A DNA stretch of 64,000 nucleotides from contig CAAEUZ010000099.1 of assembly GCA_900759385.1 (NCBI GenBank), positions 2,629 through 66,628 of the forward strand, written 5' to 3'. Source of the stretch: an uncultured Oscillospiraceae bacterium (GTDB taxonomy: Bacteria; Bacillota; Clostridia; Oscillospirales; Oscillospiraceae). A program made the translations under genes and the position numbers. Shown piece by piece: positions 28,607-39,163 of the stretch (position 1 is the stretch's first letter; each line of letters starts with the position of its first letter). The notes below the pieces were generated by a model. It worked only from the letters and a program-made list of their open reading frames with translations, was not told where the DNA came from and did not search any database.

Positions 28607-29758
28607 ATGAATAGTTTTAGTTATAATTCCCAGACGGCGATGGTTTTTGGACGTTTTTGCGTCGAAAGAAACGCAGATTTCTTTAGAAAATATGGCAAGC
28701 GCGCGGTCGTCTTTACGACGGCATTCCCCCCGGGGCATGTGAACCTGGGACTCGAAGATATGAAACAGACCCTGAGCAAAATCGGGGTTGATTACCTGGT
28801 GGTTGATCATGTATACACGGATCCTCCTGTTGAAAAGGTATGCGAACTTGCAAACGAGATAAGAGGATACGGCGCAGACTTTTTCGTAGCTGTGGGCGGC
28901 GGGTCTGCAATGGACACCGCCAAGGCGGCTGCGCTGCTTCTTAAATATCCTGATGACGCCGATCCATACGAAGTATTCTGGGGCGACAGGAAGCCGGCCG
29001 ACAGCATACAGTCAGAGCTGAGCATTCCGCTTTTCACGGTTCCTACTACAGCGGGAACCGGAGCAGAGGCAACACCGTTTGCTGTCCTCACACGTTCCGA
29101 CATTCACACGAAGCGCACCATGTATCATAATGCGTATCCAACGGCGGCGTTTCTGGATGCGCGATACATAATCGGCTCTCCCAAGCCGCTTTTACACGCT
29201 GGAATATTTGACGCGTTAGCACATGGCATTGAGAGCAGCCTTCATACGGGCAGCACTCCCATGGGTAAAATGCTCGCAAGCTTTGGCTTCAGCCTTTTCA
29301 AGTCTTTTAAGGACAGGCTTATAAGTTTTGACCTTACTGACGAAGACTACGACAGCATGATGCTTGCTGCTTTCGTTCAAGGGCTAGCATGCATGCAGTC
29401 CAGCACGACCATACCGCATGGCTTGGGCTATCCGCTCTCTTACGACCGCGGGGTATCTCACGGACTGGCATGCGGCGTGTTCCTTGGCGAATATCTCAAG
29501 GGTTTTAAAAACAAAGATGAGGTTGAACATATAGTACGGGAATGCGGCTTCGACAACAGCGGGGACTTTGCAGATTACTGCGATTTGATAATGAAGGACG
29601 ACATTCATATTGAAGTTACTTACGGAGATATAGAAACCTGGACAGATAACTTTATGCAAACGCAAACGGTAAGACTTGAGACCAACCCGGAGCCGCTTGC
29701 CAGGGAGGACATAGAGAGACTTTACAGATGCTCTCTGAGAAGGTTTTTGAAAACCTGA
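28607..29758 (+). CDS. Iron-containing (group III) alcohol dehydrogenase
   Basis: GGGSAMDTAKA motif and metal-ligand His residues (..HGIESSLH..HGLGYPLS..HGLACGV..). Confidence 0.8.
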   Translation: MNSFSYNSQTAMVFGRFCVERNADFFRKYGKRAVVFTTAFPPGHVNLGLEDMKQTLSKIGVDYLVVDHVYTDPPVEKVCELANEIRGYGADFFVAVGGGSAMDTAKAAALLLKYPDDADPYEVFWGDRKPADSIQSELSIPLFTVPTTAGTGAEATPFAVLTRSDIHTKRTMYHNAYPTAAFLDARYIIGSPKPLLHAGIFDALAHGIESSLHTGSTPMGKMLASFGFSLFKSFKDRLISFDLTDEDYDSMMLAAFVQGLACMQSSTTIPHGLGYPLSYDRGVSHGLACGVFLGEYLKGFKNKDEVEHIVRECGFDNSGDFADYCDLIMKDDIHIEVTYGDIETWTDNFMQTQTVRLETNPEPLAREDIERLYRCSLRRFLKT

Positions 29759-29791
29759 CCAACTGTAGAAAACGAGGAGGGGCGGATTGGA

Positions 29792-31150
29792 ATGGAATGG
29801 CTGTATTTTGGGCTTCTGATTGCAATCATTCTCGTAATGTTCATAGTACTGAAACGGCCGATGTATGAAGCTATGGCTGTTGGCTTTCTGGCGGTGGTGA
29901 TAGCCCTGGGGAAAATCGGAAGCATAGGGCAATACTTCGCAAGTACGGTCAGCTTTTATGCATTATACATGATAGCGGCATTCATAGTTTTCGGCTCTGT
30001 ACTTGAACGGTCAAACGTTATTCAGGATATGATAGATATAATCATATCCCTTGTGGGCCGCTTTTCCGGCGGCGCCGGGTACGTTGCGCTTCTGGCCTCT
30101 TCGGCGATGGGGGCATTGAGCGCCTCAGGCCCGGGGAATGCAGCAGCTGTAGGCACGATTACAATCCCAACGATGAAAAGAACAGGCTTTTCTGCGGAGC
30201 TTGCAGCTACAATAGAAATGGCCGCCAGCGCACTGGGACCTGTGATACCACCGAGCAACACCATCGTGATAATGTATACAACATTGGAAACCCTGTACCC
30301 GGGGCGATTCGGTTTTTCCGAGTACTGGATGTTTTCGTGGGTGATTGCTTTTTGGTTTATCGCACAACGTTTTATAACACTGTTCGTACTTATAAAGAAG
30401 TATAAGGTCAAGCCCGTTCCAAGGGAAGAGCGCATGCCGATAAAAACGGCGCTGAAGAAAGGCTGGCAATCGCTTCTGCTCCCTGTGGTTGTGTTTCTTC
30501 CGCTCTTTCTTGAGGCTCAATTTAATGATACCTTCATAACCGCCCAGCTTGGAAGCAGCGGAGCCTCCACATTTACCGCCGTCCTGCTCGAAACGACCCC
30601 CAGCCTCTGTGTACTCTTTATACTGGCAATATGCAAAGGAAAAGGACAGTCCATATCCGTGAAAAGGCTCACGGGCATGATCTACGACTGCGTTGAAAAT
30701 GCGGCGCCTGTCATAGTAATGGTGTTCTTCGGCTTCGCAATCAGCGAAGTGTTTGATGATGCCGGGGTAATGGATGGTATTGCGGCGTCACTGTCCGGAA
30801 TGAACATACCGCTATGGGTTGTGTGCTGGATAGCACCGCTGGTATTCACAGTCTTGGGAATGTTCCTGGAAGGTACAGCAATCATACTTATGTTCGGACC
30901 GATATTTATTCCTCTGGCTGCATCTGTAGGAATTCACCCAATGCTCGCAGCGGCAATGACAAACGCCATGAGTTACGCAATGGGACATATGACGCCGCCG
31001 TTCGCCCTGTGTTTCTTTATATGTATGGGAATTGCGGAGAGCGAATTCGGAAAGACAACCAAGCTTACTATCGTTTGGTGTGTAGCTCAGTATATACTTT
31101 CTGTACTAATACTATACGGTGCATTGCCAATGTTTGGGATGCTGTCGTGA
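29792..31150 (+). CDS. DctM-like (TRAP large-permease family) secondary transporter, copy 1
   Basis: Twelve predicted TM helices and the DctM block LVGRFSGGAGYVALLASSAMGALSASGPGNAAAVGTITIPTMKRTGF...GPVIPPS. A GAGGAGGGG RBS is present. Confidence 0.75.
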   Translation: MEWLYFGLLIAIILVMFIVLKRPMYEAMAVGFLAVVIALGKIGSIGQYFASTVSFYALYMIAAFIVFGSVLERSNVIQDMIDIIISLVGRFSGGAGYVALLASSAMGALSASGPGNAAAVGTITIPTMKRTGFSAELAATIEMAASALGPVIPPSNTIVIMYTTLETLYPGRFGFSEYWMFSWVIAFWFIAQRFITLFVLIKKYKVKPVPREERMPIKTALKKGWQSLLLPVVVFLPLFLEAQFNDTFITAQLGSSGASTFTAVLLETTPSLCVLFILAICKGKGQSISVKRLTGMIYDCVENAAPVIVMVFFGFAISEVFDDAGVMDGIAASLSGMNIPLWVVCWIAPLVFTVLGMFLEGTAIILMFGPIFIPLAASVGIHPMLAAAMTNAMSYAMGHMTPPFALCFFICMGIAESEFGKTTKLTIVWCVAQYILSVLILYGALPMFGMLS

Positions 31151-31160
31151 GGTGCGTGAT

Positions 31161-31469
31161 ATGAAAGAAAAACTGATTAATCTGACAAAAACAATATTTT
31201 CATATGTCACCGCAGCACTGATGGCAATATTTGTGCTTATCCTTGCTGCATATATTGTCGCACTTATAATAGGCGGGGACACGGGAATAGCTATAGACCA
31301 TTTCTTTTCAGCCAGCGTTTTGCCGATTATGTATATTGTTAGCGTCGTTACTTCGTTTGTTGGTATTCTCAACATGTACCTGCGCGGGAAGAAGGCGTTT
31401 ACGATGGAATCAGGTACCGGCAAAAACAATAAAAAAGACGAAAACAAGACAAAGGAGACGGAAAAATGA
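31161..31469 (+). CDS. Small 2-TM membrane protein with Lys-rich tail (paralogue of 44518-44793); candidate accessory subunit of the DctM-like permease
   Basis: GAGGTG RBS and overlap with the downstream ATG. Shares the ..GIL/V.MYLRG.KA.. motif with the second small protein. Confidence 0.5.
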   Translation: MKEKLINLTKTIFSYVTAALMAIFVLILAAYIVALIIGGDTGIAIDHFFSASVLPIMYIVSVVTSFVGILNMYLRGKKAFTMESGTGKNNKKDENKTKETEK

Positions 31470-32662
31470 TTTACGATTTTGAGTATTTCTGGAGCACTCG
31501 CAGAGTTATAGGCAGAGGCTGCGTGAAAAAAGTCGGAGAAAAAATAAAAGCTGACGGCGCTCACAGAGTTCTGCTCCATTATGGAAGGGGCAAATATCTT
31601 GATAATATTCTCCCCGAACTAAGGTCCAGCCTGGACGCTGCGGGCCTAGAGTATGTGGAGCTTGGCGGTGTCGTTCCTAACCCCAGAGTGGAACTGGTGA
31701 GAGAGGGTGTGCGCATACTCAGAAATGAGAATATAGATTACATTGTTGCTGTAGGAGGAGGAAGCGCTACTGACTCTGCCAAGGCCATAAGTGTGGGAGC
31801 GATTAATGACGTTGATGTATGGGAGCTTTTTAATCACAGCGGCGTAAAGGTGAATTATGAGGGAGCGACGCCGATCGCCTCCGTTGTAACATACCCTGCC
31901 ACTGGAGCTGAAGCCGGCTGGGCTACCGTTGTCAGGAACCCTGAGGTCCTGGAGAAATGGAGCATATGGGATCAGCCACTGCGTCCTCACTTCGCTTTCA
32001 TGGACCCGGAGTATACGCTTACACTTCCGCGCAATTTACTGGTTAACGGCATTTGCGATATCATGAGTCACCACACCGACAGATACATGAGCGATGATGC
32101 ACACTTTGGTGTGTTTGACAATCTGCTGGAGAGCGCGATGCATTATCTGCACAAGGATCTGGCGCCCACTATTCTTGACCCTGAAAAGGACAACATAGCC
32201 GACAGGACCGAGCTCATGGCGATTGCAGATATGGGCGTAGATGAATTCATCGCCTGGGGACGCCACAAAGAAAACGCCTCTCACAATATCGCTCATCAGA
32301 TAGGTGCGCTGTATGACACACTGCACGGTTCCACGCTCAGCATCATTTACTGCTCTTGGCTGACATATGTAATGGATGAAAACCTTGAGCGAGTCGCCCG
32401 TTGGGCAAACAGGGTTTGGGAGGTCGATTATGATCCCAGCGACCTCAAGGGTACTGCGCTCAAAGGCGTGGCAAAACTCAAGGAGTGGTACACTTGGCTG
32501 GGGATGCCGGTCTGCTTCTCCGACATTGGGCTGCATCCTTCTGCAGAAGAAATCGAGCGCATGGCTGAGCTTGCCATTAAGAACAGCAACACAGACTATA
32601 TCGGCGTCATGAAGAAACTGTACAAGGAGGACGTTGCTGAAATACTCAGGAACTGCCTTTGA
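31466..32662 (+). CDS. Iron-containing (group III) alcohol dehydrogenase, second
   Basis: VAVGGGSATDSAKA motif and conserved His ligands. 398 aa. Confidence 0.85.
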   Translation: MIYDFEYFWSTRRVIGRGCVKKVGEKIKADGAHRVLLHYGRGKYLDNILPELRSSLDAAGLEYVELGGVVPNPRVELVREGVRILRNENIDYIVAVGGGSATDSAKAISVGAINDVDVWELFNHSGVKVNYEGATPIASVVTYPATGAEAGWATVVRNPEVLEKWSIWDQPLRPHFAFMDPEYTLTLPRNLLVNGICDIMSHHTDRYMSDDAHFGVFDNLLESAMHYLHKDLAPTILDPEKDNIADRTELMAIADMGVDEFIAWGRHKENASHNIAHQIGALYDTLHGSTLSIIYCSWLTYVMDENLERVARWANRVWEVDYDPSDLKGTALKGVAKLKEWYTWLGMPVCFSDIGLHPSAEEIERMAELAIKNSNTDYIGVMKKLYKEDVAEILRNCL

Positions 32663-32711
32663 TCAAGAGAAATAAGAGTTATCATCAATGCCGAAGAAAG
32701 GAGCCCGGATC

Positions 32712-33893
32712 ATGGAACTCGACCATCTGAAAAAGTTAGGCTTTGGGACCCTGCACCTGCCGATACTTGACCCAAAGGATCAGTCATCATTCGACTATGC
32801 CGCGCTCAACAGGGAAATAGATATGTTCCTGGATCACGGCTTTACTTATTTTGATACTTCGTACATTTATCATGACCGCAAGTCTGAGATAGCGCTGCGG
32901 GAATCTCTTGTAAAGAGGCATCCGAGGGATTCGTACATACTTTCGGACAAACTGCCGGTAAAGTTCATGAACAAGAAAGAAGATATTGAGAGTATCTTCA
33001 ATGAACAGCTGGGGAAGTGCGGAGTAGATCATTTTGATTATTACTTGTTGCACAGCATCAATTCCAACGCATACGACAATATCAATGAATGGGGCGCCTT
33101 TGACTTCCTGCTCAAGAAGAAATCGGAAGGCTTTTTCAGGGAACTGGGTGTTTCGTTGCATGACAGGCCTGAGTTTTTGGAGAGGGTTTTGCGGGAACAT
33201 CCTGAGATAGATTTTGTCGTTCTGCAGCTGAACTTTGTAGACTGGGACAATAAAATGATTAACTCCAGGGAAATACACCGTATTGCCCGCAAATATGACA
33301 AGCCAATCGTTGTAATGCAGCCGTGCAAAGGGGGGACCCTGCTCAATAACCTTCCGGAAGAAGCAGTTCGGCTGATGAAGGAATATGCACCGGAAGCAAG
33401 CATCGCATCCTGGGCACTTCGTTTCGCTGCAAGCCAGGAAGGTGTGCGCGTTGTTTTGAGCAGTTATCCTGAACCGTGGATGCTCGAAGAAAACATTTCA
33501 ACGATGGAGAATTTCAAACCTCTTAATGAGGATGAATACAGAATCCTTGACAGAGTCAGCGAAATAATCCGGGAAAACACGGCAATACCTTGCAGCGGCT
33601 GCAAGTACTGTGTCTTGGAATGCCCGAAGCATATACCTATAGATGAATATTTTGCGCTTTACAACGATGCTGTGCGCAATGCAAAAAGCACCTATGACAG
33701 CCCGTTCCAGTCAAGCTCGGACATTTATTACATGAATATTTCTATGAACCATGGAAAGGCGGGAGACTGCATTGGCTGCCGTAGGTGCGAAAGAACCTGT
33801 CCGCAGGGACTGAAAATCACAGACTACCTGAAGCTGGTTTCTGCGAGATTTGACAATTTTGACTTAAACAGTGCCCTCAAGCCCAAAGAGTGA
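32712..33893 (+). CDS. Aldo/keto reductase fused to a C-terminal 2x[4Fe-4S] ferredoxin-like domain
   Basis: AKR barrel (..YFDTSYIYHDRKSE..) followed by CSGCKYCVLECP and CIGCRRCERTCP motifs. The start was moved to the ATG at 32712, which has an AAAGGAG RBS. Confidence 0.75.
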   Translation: MELDHLKKLGFGTLHLPILDPKDQSSFDYAALNREIDMFLDHGFTYFDTSYIYHDRKSEIALRESLVKRHPRDSYILSDKLPVKFMNKKEDIESIFNEQLGKCGVDHFDYYLLHSINSNAYDNINEWGAFDFLLKKKSEGFFRELGVSLHDRPEFLERVLREHPEIDFVVLQLNFVDWDNKMINSREIHRIARKYDKPIVVMQPCKGGTLLNNLPEEAVRLMKEYAPEASIASWALRFAASQEGVRVVLSSYPEPWMLEENISTMENFKPLNEDEYRILDRVSEIIRENTAIPCSGCKYCVLECPKHIPIDEYFALYNDAVRNAKSTYDSPFQSSSDIYYMNISMNHGKAGDCIGCRRCERTCPQGLKITDYLKLVSARFDNFDLNSALKPKE

Positions 33894-33902
33894 GGTGATA
33901 AA

Positions 33903-34292
33903 ATGCTAAAGGTTGATAAGCGAACGGAATTAGAGGACTTTTCAGATGTTCTTTCCGCCTTCGCGGCGCTTGGGTTCAAAGATGTTGACTTTGGATCAGA
34001 GTTTGAGACGATGTATAAAGACTACCATTGGGTCCTTATGCCGCATGCCGCCGCTGTAACAAGGCTGTATGCCATACCGCCTGAAAACGAACTGCTCAAA
34101 CGCCCTTGGGACAGTTGGTATTTCCTGAACGGTGCTCCGACGCACCATGTGCACCTGGCCTGGAAGCCGGATGACAACTGGATACCGTGGATACAGAAAG
34201 GGCATACGCCGGAATGTCCGGATGAGCTGACGGACATTCAGTGGTTCTGGTATGCGCCGACGTCAATGATACCATCTATGCTGATGAAATAA
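33903..34292 (+). CDS. Hypothetical protein (129 aa, Trp/His-rich), unknown function
   Basis: ORF in the operon with a plausible start. No family recognised. Confidence 0.4.
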   Translation: MLKVDKRTELEDFSDVLSAFAALGFKDVDFGSEFETMYKDYHWVLMPHAAAVTRLYAIPPENELLKRPWDSWYFLNGAPTHHVHLAWKPDDNWIPWIQKGHTPECPDELTDIQWFWYAPTSMIPSMLMK

Positions 34293-34308
34293 AAAGAGAG
34301 GTAATAAA

Positions 34309-35586
34309 ATGGAAAAGACCCTGAAAAAGAGCGGTAAATATGCATGGCTGATACTTTTTTTCCTCGCATTGAGCTCATACGCCGCCATAGGTACGGTTTC
34401 AACGTCCTTTTCTAACAACCTTCCGTATCTCATGGACGAACTGGGGATAACAAATGCGCAGAGTTCGATGCTGCTGAGCATTAAGACTGCGGCACAGGTT
34501 ATAACTATGCTCCTTTGCATTCCGATACTTCAGAAGATATCGGCCCGCATAATGATTACAATCGGTCTGCTTGTAACCGCGATAGGTTGTTTTATTTTCA
34601 CTTTTGCCACCAGCTATTCCACTTGCTGTGTCGCAGTGTTTCTGCTCGGCGTGAGTTATGGCTGGTCCGGAATGACCACCTTGAGTACCATTGCGCGAAA
34701 TTGGTTCGTGAAGCATCGCGCCTTGTCTCTCGGTATACTGACGGCGGCAACCGGTGTGGCTGGTACGATCAATCCGCAGGTTATACTCTTCCTCATAAGG
34801 ACCGGCGGCATTAACCTCAACTTCACTGTAACAGGGATCTTCTTTGTCGTCTGCGGCGTGCTCATTTTCCTCTTCGTCCGCGACCAGCCCCAAGATCTTG
34901 GCTATATGCCCCTCGGCGCGGAGAACGTCTCTGCCGCTGCAGTCGAAGGCGATGATGTGCAGCTTGAAGAAAAGTCAAAGTATGCCCCGACCATACTCTG
35001 CCATGTGCTTATGCTTATATTTATTTGCTGCCTTGGCGGATTCAACTATGCGGCGTGGTCTCACTTTGCCCAGCTATATGATGCCGCAGGATGGAGCGAT
35101 ACAGATGTTGCAAACCTTATGAGCATAGCTTCGTTCCTGCTCATTATAACCAAGATAGCCTTCGGACTTATATCTGATAAATTCTCAGCGCAGAAAACTG
35201 CCTGGATATTCTTTGGATGCTGCTTCATATCCATGCTTATGAGCTGGCAGCTGGCCGGGGTGAAGAATTACTTCCTGCAGATACTCAATTTCGCTATCTA
35301 TTCTATTGGCGGCGTGCTTGGAACTACGGGTATATCGGTTTATGCCATAGATATGTCCAATCGGAAAACTTACAAGACCATCAATTCGATATATGTACCG
35401 GCTTACAGCGTTGGCGGCATGATTGTCAGCCCCTTCATGGGGGAAATCGCGGATATGACCGGCGGATATGGTCCTGGATATGCTATACTGGCCGTACTTT
35501 GCGTAGTCGGTTACATTTGTACAATGATTGCATATAAGCTCGCTGAGCACAACAGAAAGAAGCTTGACGCAGCGCAAAAAGCTTGA
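34309..35586 (+). CDS. MFS transporter (oxalate/formate antiporter-like organic-anion family)
   Basis: Twelve TM helices in a 6+6 arrangement with a central cytoplasmic loop. Confidence 0.8.
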   Translation: MEKTLKKSGKYAWLILFFLALSSYAAIGTVSTSFSNNLPYLMDELGITNAQSSMLLSIKTAAQVITMLLCIPILQKISARIMITIGLLVTAIGCFIFTFATSYSTCCVAVFLLGVSYGWSGMTTLSTIARNWFVKHRALSLGILTAATGVAGTINPQVILFLIRTGGINLNFTVTGIFFVVCGVLIFLFVRDQPQDLGYMPLGAENVSAAAVEGDDVQLEEKSKYAPTILCHVLMLIFICCLGGFNYAAWSHFAQLYDAAGWSDTDVANLMSIASFLLIITKIAFGLISDKFSAQKTAWIFFGCCFISMLMSWQLAGVKNYFLQILNFAIYSIGGVLGTTGISVYAIDMSNRKTYKTINSIYVPAYSVGGMIVSPFMGEIADMTGGYGPGYAILAVLCVVGYICTMIAYKLAEHNRKKLDAAQKA

Positions 35587-35661
35587 TGCATCCAATACGC
35601 CTCAACGAATCATAGAATATATAAAAAATAATATACGTCGGATCATTTGCAAAACTGTGTA

Positions 35662-35708
35662 ATGTCCGGGCCCTGAAGCGAAAAGCTGGGGCCCGGACAT
35701 TTTGCTTT
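35662..35708 (+). terminator. Intrinsic terminator after the MFS gene
   Basis: ATGTCCGGGCCC...GGGCCCGGACAT followed by TTTGCTTT. Confidence 0.6.
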
Positions 35709-35926
35709 CTGACCGCGGCTGTGTGCAGCGCAAGCACATCACCGCGCTTTCTGCTTGTTGCAATATGACTTAATCAACTTAAAATTAATGTTGACAAATA
35801 ATAAAGGATATTTTAATATATAATCAAAGTTTTATTAGCGGCTGCACGGCACATAGATCCATACGCACAGCTGTGGCTGCAAGGTAGTTGTGCGGACTGG
35901 AAAACATGAATCAAAGGAGAATACCC

Positions 35927-38062
35927 ATGGACAACAGGGAATTGGACAGTCTCTTCAGTCCGATAGGCGTGGCCGTTTATGGTGCCTCCAGCAACCCTAA
36001 CAAGCTTGGGGGGAGGCCTGTCCGCAATCTGCTGGAGCAGGGGTATCCACATGGCATTTATCCCATAAATCCTAATTACGCCGAAATCCAGGGCCTTCGC
36101 TGTTATGCGCGGGTTCAGGACATCGGCAAGCGTGTGGATGCTGCTGTAATTATGGTGCGGGCGGAGGACATCCCGGCGGCGGTGGAGGACTGCTGCGCTG
36201 CAGGAGTAAAGTTGGGAATTATCCTGTCTTCTGGATTCGGTGAGCTCGGTGAAGAGGGCAAGAAGGCTCAGAGGCAGGTTGCTGCGTATGCCGCCGGACA
36301 TGGTATGAGACTCATAGGCCCGAACTGCCTTGGTATCGTCAACTTTACGAACAACACCCCTCTGACCTTTTCAGTTGCGCTGCTGGATAAAGCGCGCAGC
36401 GGCGGGAACATGGCCATAGTTTCCCAGAGCGGGGCTTTTGGCTCACATTTGTACGGGCTGGCACGGACCATGGGCATATCATTGTCTTACTGGTTTACTA
36501 CGGGCAACGAGGCGGACCTCCAGTTCAACGACTGTCTCAACTGGCTGGCGGACAAGCCGGAAGTAAAGTCTGTGGCGGGGTACATGGAGGACGCGCGCGA
36601 CGGGCAGAAGCTGATTGCCGCACTGGACGCATGCCGCGAGCACAGCAAGCCGGTCACACTCCTGAAGGTAGGCAAAACTGAACTGGGTTCAAGGGCGGCG
36701 TCATCGCATACCGGCGCTCTGGCGGGGAACGCAGCGGTATATCGTGCGGTATTCAGGCAGAAGAACGTAATACAGGCCGAGGATGTTTATGAATTGCTGG
36801 ACTTTTCCAGCTTTTGTGCCAACACCAAGCCCGTTGGGCAGGCGCGCGTGGCAATTGTAACAGTGTCAGGCGGTGTCGGAGTGCTGCATGCAGACAAGTG
36901 CGACGAGTGCGGCATACCCGTTGCCGTGCTCTCGGATGAAACAAAGAAGAAAATACGCTCCGCCATACCGGCCTTCGGCTCCGCCGAAAACCCAATAGAC
37001 GTTACGGCGCAGACAATTACTAAAGAAAACGGCCTGGTCGCCCCTCTGTCATATTGCATGGAAGACGAAAACGTCGACGTAGTAATGATGTACCTCGCAA
37101 TGTACAAGTCTGCCGGAGAGCGCATTGCAAAGCAATTTATAGAAGTGGTAGAAAAGTATGACAAGCCGCTAATTGTCACCTGGATGGCCGGCCCCGAAGA
37201 CGCCAAAAACCTCATGCGTGAGCACGGCATACTGGTGTTTGATGAGCCGGTGCGAGCGGTAAAAAGCTTGGGTGCATACCACGCATACATCAGGGGCCAA
37301 GAGCGCTATCGCTCGCGTGCGCGAAGCGGTGAAATTGAATTACCGGAGCTTAACGCGGCAGACATAGCCGGGCTCAAGGCATGGCTGAAAGAGCGCAGCA
37401 AAGGAACAAAGGGTCTCTCAGAATATGAATCCCGCCGTGTTCTGGGGACGTTTGGTTTTCCGCTGGTTCCCGGTGGTCTGGCGGAAACCGCCGAAGATGC
37501 AGTACGTATAGCGGGGGAAATAGGCTATCCCGTCGTTATGAAGATCGACTCCCCGCATGTGCTCCACAAGTCCGATGTAGGCGGTGTGCTGCTTAATGTG
37601 ATGGATGAGAACGATGTCAGGGCCGGCTTTGAAGCTATTATGTCCAATGTGGCAAAAGCGCTTGGTGAGCTCCCGCCGGTAAACGGAGTCCTTGTGGAAA
37701 AAATGGAAAAGGCGGAGACAGAGCTCCTGATCGGCATGCAGACCGACCCGCTTTTCGGACCTACAATAGCCTTTGGCGTTGGGGGCATTTTTGTTGAGGT
37801 GCTCAAGGAAATATCCCTGCGTGTGGCGCCGTTGAGCGAGGACGACGCATACGACATGCTGTCAGAGCTTAAAGGTGCCAAGCTGCTGGACGGCGCCCGA
37901 GGGAAACCGCCGTGCGACAAAAAATCGGTGTGCCGCGCCATATTGTGCCTCTCGCGCATGGCCACCGAGCTTAGCGGTATTGTCAGGGAAGTCGATATTA
38001 ATCCGCTTTTTGCCTTCACAGACGGCGTGCGAGCCGGCGATGCGCTCGTGGTGCTGGAATAA
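35927..38062 (+). CDS. Acyl-CoA synthetase (ADP-forming), fused alpha-beta type (NDP-forming acetate/acyl-CoA ligase)
   Basis: CoA-binding N-domain (IGVAVYGAS...), a succinyl-CoA-synthetase-like flavodoxin domain and a C-terminal ATP-grasp domain. AAGGAGA RBS at the ATG at 35927. Confidence 0.8.
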   Translation: MDNRELDSLFSPIGVAVYGASSNPNKLGGRPVRNLLEQGYPHGIYPINPNYAEIQGLRCYARVQDIGKRVDAAVIMVRAEDIPAAVEDCCAAGVKLGIILSSGFGELGEEGKKAQRQVAAYAAGHGMRLIGPNCLGIVNFTNNTPLTFSVALLDKARSGGNMAIVSQSGAFGSHLYGLARTMGISLSYWFTTGNEADLQFNDCLNWLADKPEVKSVAGYMEDARDGQKLIAALDACREHSKPVTLLKVGKTELGSRAASSHTGALAGNAAVYRAVFRQKNVIQAEDVYELLDFSSFCANTKPVGQARVAIVTVSGGVGVLHADKCDECGIPVAVLSDETKKKIRSAIPAFGSAENPIDVTAQTITKENGLVAPLSYCMEDENVDVVMMYLAMYKSAGERIAKQFIEVVEKYDKPLIVTWMAGPEDAKNLMREHGILVFDEPVRAVKSLGAYHAYIRGQERYRSRARSGEIELPELNAADIAGLKAWLKERSKGTKGLSEYESRRVLGTFGFPLVPGGLAETAEDAVRIAGEIGYPVVMKIDSPHVLHKSDVGGVLLNVMDENDVRAGFEAIMSNVAKALGELPPVNGVLVEKMEKAETELLIGMQTDPLFGPTIAFGVGGIFVEVLKEISLRVAPLSEDDAYDMLSELKGAKLLDGARGKPPCDKKSVCRAILCLSRMATELSGIVREVDINPLFAFTDGVRAGDALVVLE

Positions 38063-38082
38063 TAAACCCAAAAGAAATATTA

Positions 38083-38125
38083 AGTCCCTGCTGCGGCTTG
38101 CCGCAGCAGGGACCTGCTTTTTCAG
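38083..38125. terminator. Bidirectional terminator between the convergent acyl-CoA synthetase and iclR genes
   Basis: AGTCCCTGCTGCGG-cttg-CCGCAGCAGGGAC followed by CTGCTTTTT. Confidence 0.6.
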
Positions 38126-38130
38126 CTACG

Positions 38131-38919
38131 TTAACGCAGTATGGTCCGATGGTATCCCAAATCAAGCGAAATCTGCATGGCAGTGCGCTTGACTTCTTCT
38201 ATCAGCAATTCGCCTTCGCTCTCAAAGCGTTCCAGCGGGCACCTTGATATACTTATGGAGCAGATAGTCTCATTCTTGGCATCGAGCACCGGCGCGGAAA
38301 TACAGACGTTTCCGGGGACAAACTCCTCAATGTCTGTGGCGTAACCCTGCTCGCGCACCATCTCCAGCTCATCCATGAGCTTTTCCGGGGAGGTGATGGT
38401 CTTGCTCGTAAATGAGTAAAGCTCAGAAGAGGAAATATACTCACGCGCGGTTTCCTTGCTCAGTGCAGCTAAGAGCACTTTTCCGGATGCGCTCAGATGT
38501 GCGGGGAGCAGGTAGCCGTTGACATGCCTAGGAACTAGGCTGCGATCTTTTGAAGCTATCACCAAAGCGGTCATGGGCGGCTTGAAGACGCAAATGTTTA
38601 TCCGCATGTGGAACTTCTCAAAAAGCGCGATAGCATAGTCCTCGGTGTATATAAGGAACGGATAAAGACGAGGGTAATTGTGTCCAGTGACATAAAACCG
38701 GTAGCCTATGTGATATCTCCCGCTTTCGGGGTCTTTTTCCAGACACTCCTGAGCCACAAGAGAATTCACTATAGAGTAGGCGGTGGGCTTGCTCACCTTT
38801 AGCTCCTCTGCGATTTCATTTACAGTCATGGAAACGCAGGAGGTCGCTATTGATGTCAAAAACTCCAGCGTTCTTGACAGAGTCTGCTGTTCAGACGCGC
38901 CTTTTTCTTTTGCCGTCAT
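38131..38919 (-). CDS. IclR-family transcriptional regulator
   Basis: N-terminal winged HTH and a C-terminal IclR effector domain. Divergent from the kor operon. Confidence 0.85.
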   Translation of the reverse strand: MTAKEKGASEQQTLSRTLEFLTSIATSCVSMTVNEIAEELKVSKPTAYSIVNSLVAQECLEKDPESGRYHIGYRFYVTGHNYPRLYPFLIYTEDYAIALFEKFHMRINICVFKPPMTALVIASKDRSLVPRHVNGYLLPAHLSASGKVLLAALSKETAREYISSSELYSFTSKTITSPEKLMDELEMVREQGYATDIEEFVPGNVCISAPVLDAKNETICSISISRCPLERFESEGELLIEEVKRTAMQISLDLGYHRTILR

Positions 38920-39163
38920 GATATACCTCCTTGCCGCGAAGTCAAACAGTGTTTATTTCCAGTACAGCTTATAGCAAAAGCTAATGTTTGTCAAGCTGAC
39001 GGAGCACTGATTTTCACAAACTATTAAATTATTTTTAATCACCATTAAATAGGCAAGCGATGAATATGGCAATTTGCCGGTCAAAAGCGGCCGACATCGC
39101 GGCGGGGCTTGGGCGATATGACCAAATGCAAAAACTAATTATTATATAATTTACTGAAATATA

